A DNA stretch of 58,611 bases, counting the filler, from Sphacelaria rigidula (Eukaryota), in the NCBI GenBank assembly GCA_964200075.2. It is 7 parts of 7 records of this genome, joined end to end, with 100 filler letters (N's around TTAATTAATTAA, not from the genome) between each part and the next. Parts side by side here need not be neighbours in the genome. Positions count along the whole stretch, not along the records: positions 50,326 to 58,611 come from CAXNAA020011651.1; 6 more parts are not named here. The stretch is one strand, 5' to 3'. Positions 50,457 to 58,611 of the stretch are shown here, piece by piece; position 1 is the stretch's first letter, and every line of letters begins with the position of its first letter. The translations under genes and the position numbers were made by a program. The notes under the pieces are model-generated. The model was not told the origin of the DNA and searched no databases. It worked only from the letters and a program-made list of their open reading frames with translations.

Positions 50457-53150
50457 CTTGTCACCCCCCTTTTCGAGACCGATCAAGGTGCAAAGGTCCT
50501 TCAGAGCAGCCATAGTCCACTTCTTGCTTTCCAGCTTTTTCGTTCTGATGGCACGTGACGCCTTGTCATCCTCCTCAGCGAAGCCAGAAAAGCTGTTGAC
50601 CAACGGAAATTGTCGGACAAAAACAATATGAGGACATATTCAACCAAAAGAGAGTAGTACAAGAAAAATATACGAGTATACATCTTCAATGTTCTGTCAA
50701 CAGACGAATGAAAAAGGTTGGAACACGAAATTTGAAGGAAAAGACTTGTCCAACAAGATACTATTTTTCTTGTTTACACTTTCCCGCTTCTTTTGGGTTT
50801 TCTTGGCGGCACCGTTGTACGCCCCGACGAAACCCGAAAAGAATTTTCCAGGGATATTTTGAGGAGACGTGTCATGTAATATATATTGCCCGCCCAATAT
50901 GTTGACGCGTCGGGTGGTCATTTTATATAGGGCGAGCAATATAATGGCACGAGAGAGGGTCAATCTATACTGTGCCATCAATATGTCAAGTCTCGCGACA
51001 TGCGATATATATCGACCGAACAATATATCATGACACGCGCCACCTCAATATATGTTGGCCGAGTAACTTGTTGGTGCGGTAAGGCACTAATATATATATT
51101 TGTCGAGTAATATATTGGCTGCCACACGAGGTCAATATATTTTGACGATTCAATATACTCAACACCCGAAGCGCCAATATACATTGCCGCCCGAATATGT
51201 CGTGCGCCAATGGGTCCAATATACAATACACGACGGCGGGGATGGTCACAATACATATTAGTGTAGCAATATATATATATATATATTGATTTTGAAGATG
51301 TAGATTGTAAAGTGTACTGGAATAAGTATGGTGGGCAGTTCTATGTTCGCGGGCGCATCCATCGAAAGATGTATCACCGCATAAATAAATCGCTCAATAT
51401 ATTCCTCCGCGAACGTGTTCCCTATATATTGGCTGCACAAAAGCTGTGCGATGCGCGTGCGCAATATATATATAGGAAAAACAACATATTTGCATGGTTT
51501 GCGTTCAATATGTAATATGGTAACAGTATGTTACGCATCGCTTCGACTCAAAATATATGGACACTTCAATGCATACACGGCCGGCATCCTCAATATATAT
51601 ATATTGAATGTTTTGTTCCCGGAGCAAATGCACGTCCAATATATATTGTCATGCATAATTTCGCGATCATGACACAAGAAATACATGTTGTTGCTTCAAT
51701 GTCTCCGAGGACATCTCAACACATTACATATCGAACGGACAATATTTGCGCTGTCTCCAATACAAAGTAATGGTATCACATTTGAACATATTCTTTTGTC
51801 CAGGGTATTTTTTTTTTTTTCCTTGATGGAAGGAGGAAACCCAACTCAACACTTACCCCGCGTCCAGGGTATAGGCAACACAGCACCCTTGACCACAGGG
51901 GTACGAAAAGGCGCATATCGACCCGCGTTTTCTGTCGTGATGTTTACCGAAGATATATTACATGCTGTGAAGGGGATGGGCGACCACGTACCGGCGGCCA
52001 GGTAGGTGTCAGAAGGCATATTTACCGGGTCGCTCCTTCTGCCATCATATTTTCTGACCAGTATATACATATATATATATATATATATTTCTATTTCTAT
52101 TTCAAAGGAATTCGACATCTCTTCGTAGCAATGCATGCGAACTTCTGCGACTCCCTTCAAAGCTTTTCCCACTCTGCAAAAGCTCCGGCATCGACCGGGT
52201 CTGGATCTTTCTCAAAGTGTACATCATACTTACAGTATCCGATATATATATTGACCGGTCAATATGTTCTCAACAATGCGACCCCGATATATTTTGGTCG
52301 TGCAATATGTCGCCATTCACACTGCCCCAATATATATTGATAGGACAATATGTCTTCAACCCCACGGTACCAATATATTTCGGGCGAGCAACATGTGAGC
52401 AGCCCCACGACATCAAAATATATTGGGCGCGCCGGCAATATACATTACGCCGGCAATATATCGCAAAATTCCATTATGATCGACTAATATATATTGAAAG
52501 CATATTGTGTTGTCCAGGGTGTGAAACATATAAATGATCCGTGAATACCAAATCGTCGAGAAACCACCGTGATGTGACAGCCATTTCGGAACAGTATAAG
52601 CAAGACGGGCGGACATCAACCGTAGGTCACGTTGTTCATCACCCCCGGATGATCAGTTCTGGAGGGCCCTCGACGACTGCTTTTGCAGTAGAGCAATAAG
52701 ACCGAATCTGATCTACGCAAAAATGTGCAAACGGGAGGTTCGCAAAGCCGCAAGTGGAGCTTTAGTGGTATATACCAAAACATGAGCGGCCGTAGCGGAA
52801 ACTATGCAGCACCTCAGCTTGATTTTACCTCCTACTGCTATTACGCTTGTACAGCAAAAAAAAAAAGAGCAGGTTGCACCTGAGTAGGTGAAGAAAAACC
52901 AAGCAACTTGTGTACCAGAGAATAAGACTTGAAGGGAATACATGGAAAAAAATTGGTCTCACTAAAGTTACACAACAATGAGAAAAAACGACCAAGGACT
53001 TGGAGGGGTCATGGAGGACTGACTGACTTGTCACTTACTTTCGGATGTTTTTCTTTCGTGTAGACTTCTTTCCCACGACGCCGTACAGGTAGGCGTGAAA
53101 CGCCTTCAGGAGATCATGGTCAGCGTCGATCTTGCCCAGGTTGATCGGAA
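50457..53150 (-). CDS. DEK: DEK-like chromatin protein (pseudo-SAP/SAP region), partial; exons 53150-53039 and 50592-50457
   Basis: INLGKIDADHDLLKAFHAYLYGVVGKKSTRKKNIR-N-FSGFAEEDDKASRAIRTKKLESKKWTMAALKDLCTLIGLEKGGDK matches DEK LH..L..R.G.....KKN...FSGF.....K........LK..C..L.LE.SG. Phase-2 junction AA|C. Confidence 0.85.
50877..52523. mobile_element. Second, inverted copy of the 1.66-kb CAATATATATTG-array TIR element (in DEK intron); one terminus lost
   Basis: Ends in TGTCCAGGGTGTG at 52511-52523; its reverse complement is colinear with 8936-10570 including the inter-repeat spacers. Confidence 0.88.
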
Positions 53151-53301
53151 CTTTTATGGGTTTTTTTGTCCGTTGCGGCCAAACCACGAGAGAGGGAAGA
53201 ACGAGGGACATTGAAAGAAAAAAAGTGGCGCAGAGGGGGTGGGGGAGGTGTTGTCATGTGTTGCTTGCGTGAGTCAATTGAGCAGTGACTACGCAACCTG
53301 A

Positions 53302-53550
53302 GGGGGTGGGGGGGTACTCATGATCCTGCGTGCCGTAGTCATGAGACCATTGGCCTCGGATCCCTACAAAGTTGGAACGGAGCACACCGGGCTATCACCG
53401 GACCAGGCTCGGAATTAATCACCAAGCGCGAAGCTCGGTGATGTGTTCGGCGGGTCGCATTAAGGGTGGGCTGCAGTCTACTCAGAGTGTTCGGCCCGAA
53501 GCGTACAAACTTGTTTGCACATGGATACTAGCCTCGAATGGGTTGATTCA
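53302..53550 (-). repeat. ~280-bp dispersed repeat, copy 4
   Basis: Reverse complement aligns with 2390-2631. Confidence 0.8.
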
Positions 53551-55413
53551 CTTCTTGAAAAAAAAAGGGAAAACGCATGCATACGAAATCACCACACACT
53601 ACAGCACGAGTTGAGGAGCCGATACATTGCTGTGAGATCTGTCAACCCTTTCTCGTCTCCAGAGGTGTGCTTTAATCATTTGAGTCGGCATCGTTTTCAT
53701 TTCAATAAGCATGACCGTAGGATCCAGAAGGCCGATCCGCCCTCACGAGTCAACGGGGTCACCTTTGGGCACTCGAAGGTATCGATCAACGACGCAAGCG
53801 CTTTTCTGTTGGTGAGTGAGAATGTTGCAGCATCAAGCGTCGACCCGCTCGGCGACGACCTAATCTTGTCGCGTCAGTCAATACCAGCACTTGAAATCAC
53901 TTCGAAATCTCACGGAGACGCGCGGATATCTTTATATTTGGTTTGTTCTTTGTTGAGGGGCCATATTCCAAAACCCTTGGCGTCCTAGAAAATCGGATCA
54001 CTAGGTTGGACATCTCTCGGCGAGGCCATCATGTGATCAGTGTGTCCCAAGACACACTGAGGAAGACACACCGGGGATGAATGACGTGAAATGCTGCTAA
54101 TTGAAAACATGCGCCTGGACCAAAAAAAAACTGTTGAGACCAAAACGCATTATTGCACTCGCCGGACAACATATGACTTCGTCGAAAAGTGTACTTCGTA
54201 CAGTATCGACTATTGTGCCCATCACAATAGACAACAGATTCAATACTTTACGCAGTACACTTTTTGATAGTGTAGTCCATTGTCCGTACGTATCCAGAGG
54301 GTGCATCATTGCTACCCTTTGACCGCCCGATTGTCTTGTTCGGCTCCCAATCTTCAGTCTCGAAAAGCAAGAAAAATAGCACATCATCCCCGCTGCAGCG
54401 ATCACAGGCTTTGAAAGCATGCCGTGCAGAAAAAAAAAGTACAACCCTGCGTGCGTGTGGCACGCGTTCGGTTTTTTCTGTTACACGCTGAGAAAATTGC
54501 CGTGTATAGGTGTCAGAAACATGAGAGGAATAAGAGGTTCTAGCCAAGATATCCCTTCATGATGACACTTTTCACCGCGATCCTGACCGGACGCCACCCG
54601 TTGTGCCCCGCGCACCATGGAGCGTGAAAAAATCCCAGCTCTCAAACACGATCTTTCGTAGGTGGGATACCTCGGGTCATGCTTTTTCCAAGTAGTGGTG
54701 CGATAAAGGAGGCGGAAAATGCGATAAAAAAAGGGGGAGGGAGAACTGAAAAAATTGATGTCAAATCAGGAAAAACACGGAACATATAGAGAGAAAGCGT
54801 GTTTGTTTTCCACGACATGGGAGAACGAACACTTCAAAGACACGATTAGCAACCGGCGCTGGAGACCAGCGGACACCTTATCGCCCCACGAATCTCTGTC
54901 GCCGCCTTCGCCTATTGCGTGTGGCCGTGATCCGTGTCCTCGGCTGTGTTTACGGGACTTCTCTTGCTCGCACGGTCATTGGCCAGCAGCTAGCTAGCAC
55001 CAACTGTAGTATAGTGCGGTACAGCTGTAGTTACCGCGAAGATAGAATAGTGCCGTTCAATACAGTACGGTATAGGGCAAGGTCTGCAGTTTTTGTGCGG
55101 ACAGACGCGGATATATGTGGAAGAGGAGCGAGGGTGGAGGTTCGCAGTTTCTACAACTGAGGTGAGGGTACGCTGCGGGTGGGCCGATTTTAAAGGCCGA
55201 CGTGACGTCATCCTACACACGCGTGCGCATGTGTATGTGAGTGTGTGTGTGCTGGGTACGCCGAAGGCGGACCTTCCTTTCCTGCCATCTGTGCACAAAT
55301 GGGTATAGAAGTTATGGTGGCGTTCTTTTTTCCATTTTTTATTGCTGTCTGAACGCCGGCAAACCTCGCGTGCTTCGTGAAATTGTTCGACTTCATGATT
55401 CATGACAAGCTTC

Positions 55414-55673
55414 CATAGGTCGGACGAATCACTGATTCGTTTGGAAAGTACTTGATTCTCGTGTGATTGATTCGTACCGCGTACGAATCAATCCTTCGGC
55501 TTTGTTTTCAGCATTGCAACCCAGGTACGCGCAGCCCAGGCACGCGAAACGGCGCAAAAGTTGCGTGGGAACCTTTTTGGCCATCAGTCGACTTTCTTCT
55601 CTCTTTCGAGCAATCAGGCCTGAAAAATCGTGGATTTGGTGATTCGAATCGGCAATGATTTGTCCGAACCGTG
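55414..55673. mobile_element. MITE, 260 bp, imperfect ~21-bp TIRs, 8-bp TSD
   Basis: CATAGGTCGGACGAATCACTG...CAATGATTTGTCCGAACCGTG; TSD CAAGCTTC at 55406-55413 and 55674-55681. Confidence 0.88.
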
Positions 55674-55711
55674 CAAGCTTCTCATACAGGGCGTACATAT
55701 CTTTCCAGAAC

Positions 55712-55875
55712 TTTCTTCTCCAAAACTATCCCATACATATTTCTCAAACTTGAGAAGATAAATGATTTACCGGATACCATACAGCCCATACCTTCTTCGA
55801 AAACTACCCCATATATATAAATATATATATTTCTCGAACTTGAGAAGATGGATGATTCACCGGATACCAAACAGC
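55712..55875 (+). repeat. ~80-bp tandem duplication
   Basis: ttcttc..aaaacta.cccata...atatttctc.aacttgagaagat..atgatt.accggatacca.acagc occurs twice. Confidence 0.8.
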
Positions 55876-56274
55876 GGCGATTCTCACCCCAGGGCGACTC
55901 CTATTAATATTAACAAACGTCATCACAATGTGGCCACAATCAAGCACCACAAATAAGTCCGATATGGTATACTAATATTAAGTGACTGCAACATTACCGG
56001 TATATTGCAGAGGTCCTACATAGTACAGTCATGCCGGGCAAGCGATCCACTGCACTATACCGGGGCCTCCACTGCCATGCGTCCTCGCTCAACGATTGAA
56101 AAATCATAAAACCGGAGTGCGAACCTCTGGATAATGGGTTACCGTAATCTGGAGAAATATCACCTAGGGACATACATCAGTTGGGGAGGGTGGTATTATA
56201 CGTGGTGGGAGTAAATACCGTACTTTGTCTGGTGTGCGCCTGCACATGCGATTAGAAATGCCTCCATGACCTGA

Positions 56275-56340
56275 TTTTTGATTGATTTGATCGTCGCACT
56301 TGAACTAACCCCCCAGGGATCCAGCCGTGGTCGCATGATA
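56275..56340 (-). mobile_element. (TCAA)-tail retroposon 3' fragment
   Basis: gtcgcacttgaactaacccccagggatccagccgtggtc.catgat is the reverse complement of the family terminus. Confidence 0.7.
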
Positions 56341-57839
56341 CACCATGCATGCGGCACAACTCTGAGTGAAGCACTGTCGCGTGATTTTATGCACTGGAAA
56401 CGATACCTGTGTGAGCTGCATTCTACTCCTACTTCATGACAGTGGACGCGGTCCGGGATAGGTGGGAGGATCGGTACAACCACCCGTCATGATGAGAAAA
56501 AAATGTAGAAATATAAATATATAGTAGATATAGATATACGAGCTGGGCCGGCTTAAGAGCTGCTAAAACTTGCGCACACCACAGCTTCTCCCAGTTTCCC
56601 GAATGAACCCGATGTAAGCATATCACTGTGAAGTGTAGACCAACCTGGTGACACACGGCATCGCCGCTGAATGAAAAAAAATGAAAAAAATGTACTGCAG
56701 AATGTATGACCTTCACGACGGACGAAAAAAAAGAGAACCTGTCGGGATTCGAACTCATGACCTCCATAATTGGAATGTCCCATCACTTGATTCGTAGGGG
56801 TGCAGCAGCGTCACGGAAAATGTTGAACGCACGGCCCAATTCGACGACTCTTGAGCTCAAGTTTCAGGTAGACCTGCTGCATCCAAGGAACTGATACTCC
56901 ACGTGTCCAGCTGCAGATTCTCATATTTTTGCTGGACTCATAACATTATCTTGTTTTTGCTGAAATTTCAAATGCCTGTAACACATATATATATATATAT
57001 ATATATATTCTTTGCTGCTCACGTGATCTTCTGCATTTCGATCATGAGAAGCTGCTGTCAAAATTTCAGCTTCCAACTCCTCATATCGCGTCGTGGGTCG
57101 CCTGAGCGAGAATCACACCTACTCTTGGCTGGCCCAGCTCGTATATTACCATCGAGATCATCCACAAGTCGGTCCATTTAGAAAATGCAAAACACATGAT
57201 AGTATGATAAAAATAAAATGGGGTTTTATTCTTGACCGCTGCGAGCGCGTATTTCGAGACGACTCTTCATATTTTTTTCCTGTTTGCATCCTTGTGGGCA
57301 AAGTATGGCAGCGTTTGCCATCGTGTCTGGCCCCGAAGCTGGGAAGTTGAGAGTCTCGAGCCCCGACCCGAGCAAACCCCGGGGATTTTGTCTGGGAGGA
57401 CCGGTGCTGTTCTGCAGGTTCCAGATCGGTCAAGCGCGGGAGATATGCAACCAGGGGTCACTGACCTAAGCACACGCCGTGGGGGCTCCGCGGTGTACAA
57501 AAACCGTGTGGCCATCGGTACAGCCTTTCTAGCCCCAGGATTGGGCTTGTACACCAAAAATTTATCAAGCGTTGACTATTTATTGAAAGTCGATTCGATT
57601 GTCATATTCATAATCGGATTAACTTCATGTTGATTGTTGATCAGTCAGTGATGCGATAATTATAACACTTGGTTATTTTTGGAAATAAAAGAGGCGTTTG
57701 CACCGTGTAAACGCCACCCATCGTCTGCGGCGCGCGCGATCAAACGACCTCGGATCTGCTCGACACGACGATAAAAGGATTTAGAGTGAATCCAAAGAAC
57801 ACTGTCCACACATAGCGGTAGCAGCACACAACAGCAGAG

Positions 57840-58160
57840 CAATGCTACGGTAGGGGTGCACTTGCGCGAAATCTTGTCTGGTTCAGGGGCTCCTAACGAT
57901 TCTAGATGCACAAGAATATCGGTCAGGGCATCCCCGTTTGCACTTTTATTCGAGATATCCCTGACACATTGGAATAGTCATCCTGATGTACTCTCTCATA
58001 TTTCATATTTCGTGTGTTGGATGAGATGAAGGGCTTTGAAAACAATTATAGCCTCGGGAAATATTTGTTCACCTCTACCGTAGCATCATTCAGCTCATAG
58101 CACAGGAGTAGAGCAGTATGATCAGGGTTACAGGCAACTTGGCACCATGATGGGCACGGT
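57840..58160 (-). pseudogene. Decayed coding repeat paralogous to 22600-22950
   Basis: tcttgtctggttcaggggctcc.aacga.tc.agatgcacaa and downstream blocks are shared; in-frame stops. Confidence 0.55.
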
Positions 58161-58611
58161 CATTCGTGGTGTACGTGGTGTACCCGCTGCCGACAATGCC
58201 TCAGTGGAGTGTTTTCCTTCACATGATGACGGCTGAGCTGGAAGTACAGCCCTCTACAACGAGGATACTGTAACGTGTCGGACGAAGAGGTGGTTGACGC
58301 AGGCGATCCTCTAGGGTGTTGATCGAAGACGAAGCGCATGTATCCCCGTATTGCCATCCTAGTCCGCAAGCACCTCGCGGTGCAAGCTTCATCTGCCGAT
58401 TCCGAATGTGTTATCTTCGTAGGCGGGCTTGATTGAAACCCAAACGCGAAACCGTCTGTCTGAGCAGGGATCGCGTGGCAGACATTGTTCTCCTGCACGA
58501 GCTTGAAACACAACCTCTGGTAAAGAGCACCGCTACGGTTGTTGTTGTTGTTGTTGCTGTTGTTGTTGTCTTCACATTAAAAACCGTTCCGATATCTGCG
58601 CGGTACATTCG

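Noticed and set aside
8936-52523. Giant inverted repeat bracketing ~43 kb
   Set aside because: The two copies are on different scaffolds joined artificially; their relative orientation is meaningless.

Overview
Eukaryotic, intron-rich genomic DNA, most consistent with a brown alga or other stramenopile. This is inferred from GC-rich exons in long introns, a heterokont-like targeting motif, a ciliary ARL2BP gene and a hybrid histidine kinase. The window is NOT contiguous: seven unrelated scaffolds of 8288, 8288, 8288, 8287, 8287, 8287 and 8286 bp (length-sorted) are joined by 100-nt N44-TTAATTAATTAA-N44 linkers, so cross-linker neighbourhoods are meaningless. Partial spliced genes reconstructed by hand: mnmG/MTO1 (-) head-to-head with a signal-peptide/WW-domain gene (+); a hydratase-2/MaoC (ECH2/MFE-2 type) gene (+); a hybrid histidine kinase (HATPase + receiver, +); ARL2BP/BART (-) with a probable GC-AG intron; a DEK-like chromatin protein (-). 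Mobile DNA dominates the rest. It includes a degenerate Ty3/Gypsy chromovirus whose integrase tail carries a chromodomain plus a PWWP/Tudor-like domain, and a 1.66-kb non-autonomous TIR element with 8-bp TSD and phased 42-43-bp arrays of the palindrome CAATATATATTG (two copies). There are also two more CA...TG MITEs with 8-bp TSDs, a foldback element, tRNA-derived SINEs and several retroposon 3' tails.
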